Shown: positions 30,301 through 40,151, numbered from the stretch's first letter. The stretch is DNA of 64,000 bases from Candidatus Fraserbacteria bacterium (GCA_947085185.1 CAMTVK010000002.1:10867-74866); one strand, 5' to 3'. The notes: generated by a model not told the origin, from the letters alone. Made by a program: numbers and translations.

Positions 30301-31302
30301 TTAAGCCATATTCGCGACGATCGCTTGAGCGAACTCTTGTGTCCCTGCGGTGCCCCCAAGATCGTAGGTGCGCACCTTGCCCTCTTGCAAGACTTTATAG
30401 AGAGCGTGCTCGATGCGGCCTGCGGCTTTCGTCTCTTTGAGATGTCTCAGCATCAAGACGGCCGAGAGCAAGAGCGCTGTCGGATTGACTTTATTGAGCC
30501 CGGCGTATTTGGGGGCTGAGCCGTGCACGGCTTCAAAGACCGCGCAGTCGCGCCCGAAATTCGCCCCTGGGGCAACACCCAGCCCGCCCATCATCCCCGC
30601 GGCCAAGTCTGAGATAATATCCCCATAGAGATTGGGCAGGACGAGCACGTCAAAATTCTTCCAGCGCGTCACCAGTTGCATGCACATATTGTCGACGATA
30701 TAGTCGTTGAATTCGAGATCGGGATACTGCTGCGCGACTTCGCGGGCGGTCTGTAAAAAGAGCCCGTCGCTGAGTTTCATAATATTGGCTTTATGGACGG
30801 CCGTTACTTTCTTGCGCCCGTTGGCGCGCGCCCACTCAAACGCAAACTCTACAATTCTTCGGCTCCCCGGACGACTGATGATCTTGAGCGAAACAGCCAC
30901 ATCGGGGGTATTATAATATTCGACTTGGGCGTAGAGATCTTCGGTGTTCTCGCGAAAGATCACGATATTTAAGCCTTGAAATGGCGTGGGCACACCGGGC
31001 AGGGCCCACACGGGCCTCATGCACGCGAACAGATCGAGCTTCTTCCGTAAAGTCACGTTGGCGCTGACCGAGCCCTTGCCGATGGGGGTGGTCATGGGGC
31101 CTTTGAGCGCGACTTTATACTGTTTGATGAGCTCGATGGTCCTGTCGGGCACGATGGGCTCGCCCCGTTGGAGAGGCTTTTCTCCGGCTTCGGCCTCGAT
31201 CCATTCGATCTTGGCGCCGCTGCTGTCTAAGACTTTTAAGACCGCTTCGCACAGTTCTGGGCCGGTCCCGTCCCCGCGAATCAACACGACTGTATGACTC
31301 AT
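30301..31302 (-). CDS. Isocitrate/isopropylmalate dehydrogenase family enzyme (NAD-IDH / homoisocitrate DH-like, 333 aa)
   Basis: VVLIRGDGTGPEL...SANVTLRKKLDLFA..RP...IFRENTEDLY...NLYGDIISDLAAG..GGLG..P. Confidence 0.85.
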   Translation of the reverse strand: MSHTVVLIRGDGTGPELCEAVLKVLDSSGAKIEWIEAEAGEKPLQRGEPIVPDRTIELIKQYKVALKGPMTTPIGKGSVSANVTLRKKLDLFACMRPVWALPGVPTPFQGLNIVIFRENTEDLYAQVEYYNTPDVAVSLKIISRPGSRRIVEFAFEWARANGRKKVTAVHKANIMKLSDGLFLQTAREVAQQYPDLEFNDYIVDNMCMQLVTRWKNFDVLVLPNLYGDIISDLAAGMMGGLGVAPGANFGRDCAVFEAVHGSAPKYAGLNKVNPTALLLSAVLMLRHLKETKAAGRIEHALYKVLQEGKVRTYDLGGTAGTQEFAQAIVANMA

Positions 31303-31331
31303 TATACTTCATCCTCCCGAAGTTACTCATT

Positions 31332-31634
31332 CTAATACGGCTCACTGTACGCATTGACCCCATGGATCTCAAAGAGCTTCTGCGCTTGCGTCCAGACGTG
31401 CTTTTGGCCAAGTGCCTCCAAGAGCGCCTGCACGTCGGCGTGCGAAACCTCCCGGTCCGCTCGATACCGACAACACCACCAATCGCTGAACTCCGCGCAA
31501 GGAGCGACCGGCCGAATGACCCTCGTCCCACGATTGGCAACGAAGGCCAACGCAAACGGCCCAATCTGCTTGGGCACATCGGGAACTTCTTTGGACCACA
31601 GATAGACATCGGCTCCAACAAGCTTCATACCCAC
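31332..31634 (-). CDS. Hypothetical protein (100 aa) upstream of, and probably co-transcribed with, the IDH-family gene
   Basis: ORF only. No motif was recognised with confidence. The gap to the downstream dehydrogenase gene is 29 nt. Confidence 0.3.
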   Translation of the reverse strand: MGMKLVGADVYLWSKEVPDVPKQIGPFALAFVANRGTRVIRPVAPCAEFSDWWCCRYRADREVSHADVQALLEALGQKHVWTQAQKLFEIHGVNAYSEPY

Positions 31635-31705
31635 GCTCCTTTGGGGAAAATTTCGCGCTGATGCTTGAGTATACCAAGAAATTCATGCTCAGCCAAACGA
31701 GCGCT

Positions 31706-31734
31706 TTGTCTTCGTGAGCCCGTTCGTCTACAAT
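31706..31734 (+). promoter_or_regulatory. Promoter TTGTCT-N17-TACAAT placed 7 nt before the ATG (leaderless configuration)
   Basis: The -10 hexamer at 31729-31734 is followed by 7 nt and then ATG at 31742. There is no Shine-Dalgarno. Confidence 0.5.
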
Positions 31735-31741
31735 ATCTTTT

Positions 31742-33037
31742 ATGGACAAAGTCTTTCGCGATCCCGTGCATAATCTGATGGGCTTCGATAAGGAGCGCGA
31801 CGCGCTCGTCTTAGAGCTCATTGATACCCCCCAACTGCAGCGCCTGCGCCATATCCGTCAGCTTGGGGTGAGCGCGCTCGTCTACCCTGGTGCCACTCAC
31901 ACGCGCTTCTCTCATGCTTTGGGCACAGCATTCTTGATGAAACGGGTCTTGGAGCACTTTCAGGACTTAAATCCTCCACCCGCCCTCAGCTGCATCCTCG
32001 AAGAGCACCGAGAGCTCTTGCTCGCGGCAGCCCTCCTGCACGATCTGGGTCATCTTCCGTTCTCACACTTACTCGAAGAGTTCACGCACATTCCTCATGA
32101 AGAGTGGACCGTGCGCATCGTCAGCGACCCCCAGAGCGCCGTTCACGCTGTCTTAGCAAGAGCTCATCCCCACTACCCCAAACAGATCGTCCAGCTCTTC
32201 CAGAGGACATTCCAGCCGGCGTTCGCGGTGAAGCTCCTCTCAAGCCAGCTCGACGTCGATCGCATGGAGTATCTCCTACGCGACAGCCTCTACACAGGGG
32301 TCACCTACGGCTACTTCGACATGAACTGGCTCATCCACAGCTTACGGTTGGTCAAGCAGCACAACGATTGGGAGCTCGCTCTTGATCTGCGCAAGGGGCT
32401 CCACGCCGCCGAAGGCTACGTGCTCGCACGCTATTATATGTACCAGCAAGTCTATCATCATAAGACAGCCCGCGCCGCCGATGTCATGGTGCGCAAGATC
32501 CTTCAGAGGGCTTCAGAGCTCTTAGAGAGCGGGCACGATCTTGCTGCCCCCACCCCATTGCGAAGACTGCTCACAGACCCACGCGCCCTCACCCTCGAAG
32601 ATCACGTGCACTTGGACGATACGATGGTGCTCTGGGCCCTCCAAGCGTGGCAGGAGAGCGATGATCCCATCCTTGCGGATCTCACTCGTCGGTTTTGGCA
32701 GCGACGGCTCTTCAAGACGTTAGATATGCCCCTCGAAGAGTTCACTGCCTGGTCGGCAGAGCTGCGCGAACTGGTCGCCCGCGCTGGCCTTGATCCAGAA
32801 TATTATCTCATCTTAGATCGAGTCAGCGACGACCCATACACCGATCGCTATCTCTGGTCCAGCAGGGAAGTCGGCGAGCACATCTTCCTCGTCAACGATG
32901 CCCACGAACTTATAGAGCTCTCCCAAGCTTCAGATGTTATCGGTGCGTTGCGCAACAAGACATTCAGCCAAGACCGGCTCTGCTTCCCCGAAGAGCTGCG
33001 CGACCCCATCCAACAGCTCTTAGAACGCTCGCGTTAG
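31742..33037 (+). CDS. HD-domain dNTP triphosphohydrolase-like protein (SAMHD1/EF1143 type)
   Basis: FRDPVHNLMGF....LIDTPQLQRLRHIRQLG......PGATHTRFSHALGT...LLHDLGHLPFSH...DVDRMEYLLRDS. Confidence 0.8.
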   Translation: MDKVFRDPVHNLMGFDKERDALVLELIDTPQLQRLRHIRQLGVSALVYPGATHTRFSHALGTAFLMKRVLEHFQDLNPPPALSCILEEHRELLLAAALLHDLGHLPFSHLLEEFTHIPHEEWTVRIVSDPQSAVHAVLARAHPHYPKQIVQLFQRTFQPAFAVKLLSSQLDVDRMEYLLRDSLYTGVTYGYFDMNWLIHSLRLVKQHNDWELALDLRKGLHAAEGYVLARYYMYQQVYHHKTARAADVMVRKILQRASELLESGHDLAAPTPLRRLLTDPRALTLEDHVHLDDTMVLWALQAWQESDDPILADLTRRFWQRRLFKTLDMPLEEFTAWSAELRELVARAGLDPEYYLILDRVSDDPYTDRYLWSSREVGEHIFLVNDAHELIELSQASDVIGALRNKTFSQDRLCFPEELRDPIQQLLERSR

Positions 33038-33450
33038 CGCCCACTCAAAAATCTCTCGGCTTTGTCTAATAATTCTTGAGCGTTCTCGTAGCTGAGCCGC
33101 TGGCGCGTCCGCTCATAAGACGTCCACAGATAATCGAGATGCTCCCCAGAGAGCTTCACCTCAGACGAGCGCGCCCGCCCCAACAAATAGACGACTTCTT
33201 TATGAAACCCCTTCGAGCCCCGAGTAAAGTCGTACCGGATCACTTCGCGAAACCCCGGCAGGATTTCTACAGTGATCCCGGCTTCTTCTTGGAGTTCGCG
33301 CAGGGCTGCCCTGGTTTCGTCTTCGCCGGGCTCGACACGCCCTTTGGGGAACCCCCAGTGCCCACCACTGGCACTGCGCAACAGCAAATACTCACGACCG
33401 GCAGGACCGTCACGAAAGACGATCACGCCGGCCGAACGCTCCGTGTGCAT
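33034..33450 (-). CDS. Nudix hydrolase (Ap4A hydrolase-like)
   Basis: Nudix box GFPKGRVEPGEDETRAALRELQEEAGI. The start codon is 1 nt downstream of the rpoB stop. Confidence 0.85.
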   Translation of the reverse strand: MHTERSAGVIVFRDGPAGREYLLLRSASGGHWGFPKGRVEPGEDETRAALRELQEEAGITVEILPGFREVIRYDFTRGSKGFHKEVVYLLGRARSSEVKLSGEHLDYLWTSYERTRQRLSYENAQELLDKAERFLSGR

Positions 33451-33451
33451 A

Positions 33452-36400
33452 TTACCCTAAATCCAATTCGTGATCTTTGTCGTCGTACGCCCGGATGCTT
33501 AACCCTAGGCTCTGCAATTCTTTCACCAAGACTTTAAACGACTCCGGCAACCCCGGCTTGGGGAACTCTTCCCCCTTGAAGATCGCTTTATAGAGCTGGA
33601 CACGGCCGCGCGTATCGTCGCTCTTGAGGGTGAGCATCTCTTGGAGCGTCGCGGCGGCTCCGTAGGCTTCTAAAGCCCACACCTCCATCTCGCCGAGACG
33701 CTGACCACCCAATTGGGCTTTGCCCCCCAGAGGCTGCTGCGTGATGAGACTGTACGGCCCAACCGAGCGCGCATGGATCTTCTCGTTGGCGATATGCTCG
33801 AGCTTGAGCATATACATATAGCCCACCGTGACGGGATGCTCGAACGGCTCCCCAGTGCGCCCATCACGGAGGATCACCTTGCCCGTGGGGTAATTGGGGT
33901 CATCGCCGTCGGCAAGGCCGTGCTCCTTCCGCACTTTATAGAGTTCATCCAGAATCTGGTCTTCTTTGGCACCATCGAAGACCGGCGAGGCCATATACTC
34001 ACCCTTCAGATGGGCCACCCAGCCCAAGTGCGCCTCGAAGACCTGCCCAAGGTTCATGCGCGACGGCACCCCCAACGGGTTGAGGATCATATCCACAGGG
34101 GTCCCATCCGGCAAAAATGGCATATCTTCGACCGGGAGAATCTTCGCGATCACGCCCTTGTTGCCGTGCCGCCCTGCGAGCTTGTCCGCGACAGAGATCT
34201 TCTTGCGCTGCGCTATGTAGACTTTCACTAATTGGTTGACGCCGGGTTCGAGCTCATCCCCCTTGTCCCGCGAGAATTTTTTCACGCGGATCACTTTGCC
34301 GCCCTCGGTTGTGGGAGGCAAGCGCAACGACGTGTTGCGCACGTTGCGCGAACGCTCCCCAAAAATAGACTTAAAGATACGCTCTTCAGGGGTAGGTTCG
34401 GTCTCGCCGCGCGGCGTGATCTTACCCACTAAGATATCCCCGGTCTTCACCTCCGTCCCGACGCGAACTACCCCGTCCTCATCGAGATTTCTTAGTTCTT
34501 CTTTGCTCAGATCGGGAATGTCATCGGTGATCTCTTCAGGGCCGAGCTTAGTCTCTTCAGCTCGGACTTCATACTCTTGAATATGAATCGAATCCAGCAC
34601 GTCTTCCCTGACGAGCCGTTCACTGATGACGATGGCGTCCTCGTAGTTATAGCCCTCGAAGGGCAAGAAACAGATAGAGACGTTGGCTCCCAAGGCCAGT
34701 TCGCCGTGATCGGTCGCCGGGCCGTCGGCGAGCACCTCGCCCTTTTGGACCTTTTGGCCGACCCGGACAAGAGGCCGCTGGTGCACGAGCGTATCTTGAT
34801 TGGAGCGATCAAACGTGATCAACTGATAGACGTGCTCTTTGCGCCCGGACTTGATGACGATCTTCTGCGCGTCCACATAAGAGACCACGCCGTCTTCTTC
34901 AGCAATGACCAGCATCCCGGAGTCACGGGCGACCTTGGCCTCCATGCCCGTTCCCACGTAGGGAGCTTGGGACTTGAGCAACGGGACGGCTTGGCGTTGC
35001 ATGTTCGCGCCCATGAGCGCACGGTTGGAGTCATCGTGCTCTAAGAAGGGGATGAGCGACGCAGAGACGCTGACGAGCGCCGCCGGGGAGACCTCCATAC
35101 AGTCTACTTCTTCGCGCGGCACTACACGAATATTCTCGCGACCCGTGCGGATCTCGACCTCCTTGGGGATGATCCTCCCGTCTTTGTCCAAGGGGACAGT
35201 CGCCGGCGCGATCTTGTACTGCTCTTCCTCGTCGGCCATGAGATACTTGATCTCGTTTGTGACTTTCCCGTTCTTGACCACGCGATAGGGGGCTTCTAAA
35301 AAGCCGTACTCGTTGATGCGCGCGTAGGTCGCCATGCTTGTGATCAACCCGATATTTTGGCCTTCAGGGGTTTCGATGGGACAGATACGATCGTAGTGCG
35401 ACGGATGGACGTCGCGCACCTCGATCTTGGCACGACGCTTGCTCATGCTGCCCCCCAAAGCCGAGAGCCGGCGCTTATGGGTCAGCTCCGTGAGGGGATT
35501 GGTCTGCTCCAAAAATTGCGAGAGCCGCCCCACATAAAAGAGCTTATTGAGCGCCCCTTGGACAATCCGCCCGCTGATGAGATTTCTCAAGGGTTCTTCT
35601 TGCTCTAACGTGTACTTGCTGAGGCGGTCTTGCGTCAGATGCGCCATGCGCTTGAGCCCCTCGCGCAACCTGTTGAACGCGGTCTCGCCCGGCGTCTCAA
35701 CACGCTTGTTCGCCAGATGGTCCTTGTCGTCAACGAGCAAGGGATTCGTGGGAACTTCTAGCAAGCGCTTCAGGGTGAGAGCGATCTCTTCTTTGTGCAG
35801 GATCGTATCGTGTTCGGGACGGCTCACCCCTAATTTCTTGTTGAGCATAAACCGTCCGACCCTGGAGAGACTGAACGTCTCCGGGTTAAAGAACAGATTG
35901 ACGAAAAAGTCTTGTTTCGCTTTGGGGGTAGGCCGTTCCGTGCCGCGCAACTTCCGATAGATCAGCTCCAGGGCGGCCTCCGCGGAGGTCGTCTTGTCCT
36001 CATCGAGACTCTTCTGAATATAGCGATCCAAACAGTGAATGCGCGCTGGCTTCAACTTGACAATCTGCTCAATGAGATCGGCAGTGAGGCGTTCGCCTTC
36101 CCGCACGATCACCTTGCCGTTGCCGATGGGCTCGGTGATCACGCAGTCGAGAAACCGCGACAGCTTCTCCGTAGTGATGGGGTTGAGCACTACAGAATAG
36201 AGCTTATAGATATCGGCCGTCGTATAGCCCAAGGCGCGCAAGAGCACCGTCGGGGGGATATTGCCCTTGCGGTCCAGCTGCGTCGTGATGCGCTCTTTCT
36301 TCACATCGAGCACGAATTCTAACCATGCCCCATAATCGGGGAGGATCTGAGCACGATATTCTGTGGGCCCCTCTTTCGTAAAATAGACCCCGGGCGAGCG

Positions 36401-36787
36401 TGTCAGATGGTTGACCAGCGCGTTCTCGGAGCCGTTGATAATAAACGTCCCGCGCGCAGTCATGAGAGGGATATCTGCTATATAGAGATCGTCTTCTTTG
36501 ATCTTCTTGCCGTTCTGTTTGAGAATTCCCTTGACGCGCAGCGTCGCGGCATAGGTCAAATTCTTATCCTTGCAGTCTTGCTCTCTATAGGGGGGAGGCG
36601 CCAGCCGTGGGTCTCGTAACTCGAGTTCCAGTCCCTCACGCCCCTCGCCCTTGATCGGGCTGATCTCGCGAATGAGCGCGGGAATCCCCTCGGTCAAAAA
36701 CCACTCATACGAGCGCTTCTGGTCCTGCAACAAATAGGGGAGGTCCATCACATGTCCGACACGCCCCCATGAGCGTCTTGTGCGCAT
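33452..36787 (-). CDS. rpoB: DNA-directed RNA polymerase subunit beta (compact, 1111 aa)
   Basis: Conserved beta-subunit segments are present: GRHGNKGV, NPLGVPSRMNLGQ, and the C-terminal GGQRLGEMEVWALEAYGAA...LVKELQSLGL. Confidence 0.97.
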   Translation of the reverse strand: MRTRRSWGRVGHVMDLPYLLQDQKRSYEWFLTEGIPALIREISPIKGEGREGLELELRDPRLAPPPYREQDCKDKNLTYAATLRVKGILKQNGKKIKEDDLYIADIPLMTARGTFIINGSENALVNHLTRSPGVYFTKEGPTEYRAQILPDYGAWLEFVLDVKKERITTQLDRKGNIPPTVLLRALGYTTADIYKLYSVVLNPITTEKLSRFLDCVITEPIGNGKVIVREGERLTADLIEQIVKLKPARIHCLDRYIQKSLDEDKTTSAEAALELIYRKLRGTERPTPKAKQDFFVNLFFNPETFSLSRVGRFMLNKKLGVSRPEHDTILHKEEIALTLKRLLEVPTNPLLVDDKDHLANKRVETPGETAFNRLREGLKRMAHLTQDRLSKYTLEQEEPLRNLISGRIVQGALNKLFYVGRLSQFLEQTNPLTELTHKRRLSALGGSMSKRRAKIEVRDVHPSHYDRICPIETPEGQNIGLITSMATYARINEYGFLEAPYRVVKNGKVTNEIKYLMADEEEQYKIAPATVPLDKDGRIIPKEVEIRTGRENIRVVPREEVDCMEVSPAALVSVSASLIPFLEHDDSNRALMGANMQRQAVPLLKSQAPYVGTGMEAKVARDSGMLVIAEEDGVVSYVDAQKIVIKSGRKEHVYQLITFDRSNQDTLVHQRPLVRVGQKVQKGEVLADGPATDHGELALGANVSICFLPFEGYNYEDAIVISERLVREDVLDSIHIQEYEVRAEETKLGPEEITDDIPDLSKEELRNLDEDGVVRVGTEVKTGDILVGKITPRGETEPTPEERIFKSIFGERSRNVRNTSLRLPPTTEGGKVIRVKKFSRDKGDELEPGVNQLVKVYIAQRKKISVADKLAGRHGNKGVIAKILPVEDMPFLPDGTPVDMILNPLGVPSRMNLGQVFEAHLGWVAHLKGEYMASPVFDGAKEDQILDELYKVRKEHGLADGDDPNYPTGKVILRDGRTGEPFEHPVTVGYMYMLKLEHIANEKIHARSVGPYSLITQQPLGGKAQLGGQRLGEMEVWALEAYGAAATLQEMLTLKSDDTRGRVQLYKAIFKGEEFPKPGLPESFKVLVKELQSLGLSIRAYDDKDHELDLG

Positions 36788-36825
36788 AGTCCTCCTTCTG
36801 TGCGGGCGGATGGGAAGACAACAGG

Positions 36826-36853
36826 GGCCGGGGCGCTCGCGCGCCCCCGCCCA
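36826..36853 (-). terminator. GC-rich hairpin between rplL and rpoB (attenuator-like)
   Basis: On the minus strand, GGGC-G-GGGGCGC GCGA GCGCCCC-G-GCCC. That is 7+4 bp with one G-G mismatch, followed by a T-containing tract. Confidence 0.4.
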
Positions 36854-36889
36854 TCTCTATCTTCGAAGGTACAGCACAAGCTTCACAGA

Positions 36890-37285
36890 TTATTGGATCT
36901 CAACCTCAGCACCCACAGCAACAAGCTGCTCTTTGATCTTGTTCGCCTCTTCTTCGCTGACCCCATCCTTGATGACCGCAGGGACGTTGTCCACCAAGTC
37001 CTTGCTCTCTTTGAGCCCCTTACCCGTGATGTCCTTGACGACTTTGATGAGCTGCACCTTCTGCTGGCCGGCGTTCTTGAGCACGACCTTGAACGCGGTC
37101 TTCTCAGCAGTCGCAGCCGCTCCACCAGCCCCAGCTGGTGCACCGGGCATGGGGGCCATCATCATGGGCACCCCTGCAGAGGCCTTGACGCCGAACTTCT
37201 CTTCCAGCGCCTTGACCAACTCCGACAACTCCTTGACGGTCATCTGCTCGACCGTCGCCACCATCTCTTCGATATTGACAGCCAT
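36890..37285 (-). CDS. rplL: 50S ribosomal protein L7/L12
   Basis: [33 protein letters not shown], an Ala/Gly/Pro hinge, then [24 protein letters not shown]. Confidence 0.97.
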   Translation of the reverse strand: MAVNIEEMVATVEQMTVKELSELVKALEEKFGVKASAGVPMMMAPMPGAPAGAGGAAATAEKTAFKVVLKNAGQQKVQLIKVVKDITGKGLKESKDLVDNVPAVIKDGVSEEEANKIKEQLVAVGAEVEIQ

Positions 37286-37314
37286 GGGAAATCCCTCCTG
37301 AGGAATTTCTAAGT

Positions 37315-37854
37315 TTAAGACGCGTGGGGCGGAGGATCGCCCTCGCGCTTCTTACGCACTTCATCCAGAGCACTCACAAAGGTGCGCACTATGGCGTTCA
37401 ACGTGCTGACCAACTGCTGCATCGGGGCTTGCAACGTGGTGACCAGCATGGCCAAGAGCTCCTGACGGCTGGGCAGGTTCGCCAAGTGCTCGGCTTCTTT
37501 GGCGCTGACGACCACGCCTTCCAGCACCCCGCCCTTGATCTTATAGTGCTCGAATCTCTTCGTCAGGGCATGAGAGACCTTGAAAGCCAACGCCGGATCG
37601 TCATAGCTGATACACAGCCCCGTCGGCCCACGGAAGTACGAATCGGTATCTTTGATGCCGACGCGCTCTGCCGCCAGCCGCGCTACGCTGTTCTTCACCA
37701 CGCGATACTCAAGACCATGCTTGCGAAACTCGCGGCGTAGCTCGACCATATCGGAGGCCTTGAGCCCGTGAAAATCCGAAAAGACCAAGGCCTTCGAGCT
37801 CTTCAACCGTTCTTCCAGCCACGCGACCGCTTGCTCTTTCTCTGCCGTTGCCAT
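37315..37854 (-). CDS. rplJ: 50S ribosomal protein L10
   Basis: Position between rplA and rplL, plus ...[30 protein letters not shown]. Confidence 0.95.
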   Translation of the reverse strand: MATAEKEQAVAWLEERLKSSKALVFSDFHGLKASDMVELRREFRKHGLEYRVVKNSVARLAAERVGIKDTDSYFRGPTGLCISYDDPALAFKVSHALTKRFEHYKIKGGVLEGVVVSAKEAEHLANLPSRQELLAMLVTTLQAPMQQLVSTLNAIVRTFVSALDEVRKKREGDPPPHAS

Positions 37855-37870
37855 AACACACCCTCCACGA

Positions 37871-38584
37871 TTAGAGTCGCTTGGCGGCGACTAGCTTCTG
37901 CAGGTCGTCCGGGTCTACTTTGATCCCCGGACCGATCGTCGAGCTGATGGTGAGAGATTTGAGAAACCGCCCTTTGATGTCAGCGGGCTTCTCCTCAAGA
38001 ATCGCGGCCGCCAACGCGACAAGATTCTCCTTCAGCTGCTCAACAGGGAACGAGCACCGCCCGAAGGTCGAGTGTACATTGCCGTACTCGTCCAGGCGAA
38101 ACTCGAGCTTCCCGCGCTTGAGCTCTTTCACAGCTGTTCCGATATCAGCCGTTACCGTGCCGGACTTGGGGCTGGGCATCAACCCCCGGGGGCCTAAGAT
38201 CTTCCCGAGCTTGCTGACGACGCCCATCATATCAGGAGTAGCCACCACACGATCGAACTCCATCCAGCCCCCTTCGATCTTCTTGACCAAGTCTTCACCG
38301 CCGGCGAAGTCGGCCCCGGCCTCTTGCGCCTCTTTGAGTTTCTCGCCCTTGGCAAACGCCAGCACCGTGACGGGCTTGCCCGTCCCATGCGGCAAGGTCA
38401 CCGTGCCGCGAATGCGGTGCTCGTTCCTCTTGGGGTCCACGGCCAACCGAAAGGCCGCATCAGCAGATTCGTCGAATTTCGCAGTCGCGCACTCTTTGAG
38501 CAATTTCACGGCTTCTTCTACCGTGTACAACTTCGTCCGATCGACTTTCTCCCTGACGGCCAGATAGCGTTTACTGCGCTCCAT
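37871..38584 (-). CDS. rplA: 50S ribosomal protein L1
   Basis: KRY......VDR.KLY...EA..LLKE....KFDES.D....L.VDP......IRGTV.LPHGTGK. Confidence 0.97.
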   Translation of the reverse strand: MERSKRYLAVREKVDRTKLYTVEEAVKLLKECATAKFDESADAAFRLAVDPKRNEHRIRGTVTLPHGTGKPVTVLAFAKGEKLKEAQEAGADFAGGEDLVKKIEGGWMEFDRVVATPDMMGVVSKLGKILGPRGLMPSPKSGTVTADIGTAVKELKRGKLEFRLDEYGNVHSTFGRCSFPVEQLKENLVALAAAILEEKPADIKGRFLKSLTISSTIGPGIKVDPDDLQKLVAAKRL

Positions 38585-38586
38585 AG

Positions 38587-39024
38587 TTAACTCTCCACGA
38601 TCTCAATGCCCATATTGCGCGCCGTCCCCTCAAGCGTCCTCATCGCGGCTTCGACCGAGTTGGCGTTCATGTCGGGCATCTTCAGCTCCGCGATCCGGCG
38701 GAGTTGCTCTCTGGTAATCTTGCCCACTTTGACAATGTTGGGCTGCCCTGATCCTGAGGGCACACCGGCAGCCCGCTTGAGCAGCTCACTCGCTGGGGGT
38801 TTTTTGAGCACGAAATCGAACGATCTGTCAGCGTAGACTGTGATCTGCACCGGAATAATTAAGCCCTTCTCTTCGTTTTTGGTCGCGTCGTTGAATCTCT
38901 TGCAGAACTCCGCGATATTGATCTTATGCTCGGCCAACGCCGGTCCCACCGGGGGCGCAGGGGTCGCTTGCCCCGCGGGCAACTGCAATTTCACCACGGC
39001 TACGACTTGCTTCTTTGCGGCCAT
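38587..39024 (-). CDS. rplK: 50S ribosomal protein L11
   Basis: [20 protein letters not shown]......I.EFCK.FN..T....G..IPV.ITVY.DRSF.F..K.PPAS.LL. Confidence 0.97.
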   Translation of the reverse strand: MAAKKQVVAVVKLQLPAGQATPAPPVGPALAEHKINIAEFCKRFNDATKNEEKGLIIPVQITVYADRSFDFVLKKPPASELLKRAAGVPSGSGQPNIVKVGKITREQLRRIAELKMPDMNANSVEAAMRTLEGTARNMGIEIVES

Positions 39025-39061
39025 CGCACTTCACGCTCCTCACAATCGCGCGCAACCTCAC

Positions 39062-40141
39062 TCAGATCTTTTGGATGCTCTCAAACGGCAGATCCACCCG
39101 AGTCTCCCGCCCAAAGATCTTCACCGTCACCGTGGCGATCTCGCGCTCCTTGTCCAGCTCCACGATCGCCCCGGTGAAGTCCGCAAACGGGCCTTCGATG
39201 ATCTCGACCACCTCGCCTACTTCAAACTCGACTTCGATCTTGGGGCCGACGGCCTTGGGCGCCTCTAATAAGCCCGCCTTGCGCTTGACGACCTTCATAT
39301 CCTCCTCGCTCAACGGCAACGGGGGATTGCCCACAAACCGACACTTGATCCCCTCCGGCAACTGCAAGACGTCCTGCCCCATCTCCAGATGGGCAAAGAT
39401 ATATCCCGGAAAGAGCCGACGCTTCTCAATATACTGCACCGTCACGACCCGTTTGTCTTTATACTCTTTGATCTTGACCAACCCTGAGGCCCGTGACTCG
39501 ATCTTGTCTGGTTTTTCGATCAAGTCGCCCTGCTTGAGCGTGACCCCTTCCTTCAGCCGAACGAGATACTTCTCTGGGACAAGCAGCGTGACCGTCTCGC
39601 CTGTGTCGAGCCGTTCCAATTGGACTTTCTTGATGCGATCGCGCTGCACCACGGTCGTCTTGACCGCCGGCGTGCGGAAGTTCGGGTCGGAATCGGTCGT
39701 GAGAGGCACGCTGGGCGGGATCTTCTCGCCCGTGCGAATGTCCCGCCGCACCCTCTTCTCCAAGGGAATGAGAAACTCTTCTTCATTGCGATTGCTCATC
39801 TCCACGATGACCCGCTGGAGCGTCTCGATCTTCTTGACTTTCGCATCGAAGCTCATATACTTAGCGGGCTTGACGGCGATGATCTCGCCCTTCTGGATGC
39901 GCTTGTTGGGCTCGATCTTCAGCTCATACTCATAGGGGACGCGATACTCCCCGGTGCGGCCCCGACGCGCCTTGGAAGTGATAACTTCTTCTACGGGGGC
40001 CAAGAACCGCACCTCGCTCCCGTTGATCGAAAACGCAGTGACCTTGCGCTCCAAGCCCAACTGGCGCACGCGCTCCTCTAAGAGCTCGGCGACTTTGAGC
40101 TCACTGCCCGCATACGTTTGGAGAGCATACCATCGTTTCAT
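39062..40141 (-). CDS. nusG: Transcription termination/antitermination factor NusG with a ~180-aa insertion domain
   Basis: NGN start MKRWYALQTYAGSELKV. The NGN end is RLFPGYIFAHLEM. The KOW domain is FEVGEVVEIIEGPFADFTGAIVELD......V.V.IFGRETRV. About 180 aa is inserted between the NGN halves, as in Thermotoga NusG domain II. Confidence 0.93.
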   Translation of the reverse strand: MKRWYALQTYAGSELKVAELLEERVRQLGLERKVTAFSINGSEVRFLAPVEEVITSKARRGRTGEYRVPYEYELKIEPNKRIQKGEIIAVKPAKYMSFDAKVKKIETLQRVIVEMSNRNEEEFLIPLEKRVRRDIRTGEKIPPSVPLTTDSDPNFRTPAVKTTVVQRDRIKKVQLERLDTGETVTLLVPEKYLVRLKEGVTLKQGDLIEKPDKIESRASGLVKIKEYKDKRVVTVQYIEKRRLFPGYIFAHLEMGQDVLQLPEGIKCRFVGNPPLPLSEEDMKVVKRKAGLLEAPKAVGPKIEVEFEVGEVVEIIEGPFADFTGAIVELDKEREIATVTVKIFGRETRVDLPFESIQKI

Positions 40142-40151
40142 AAGACTCTTA

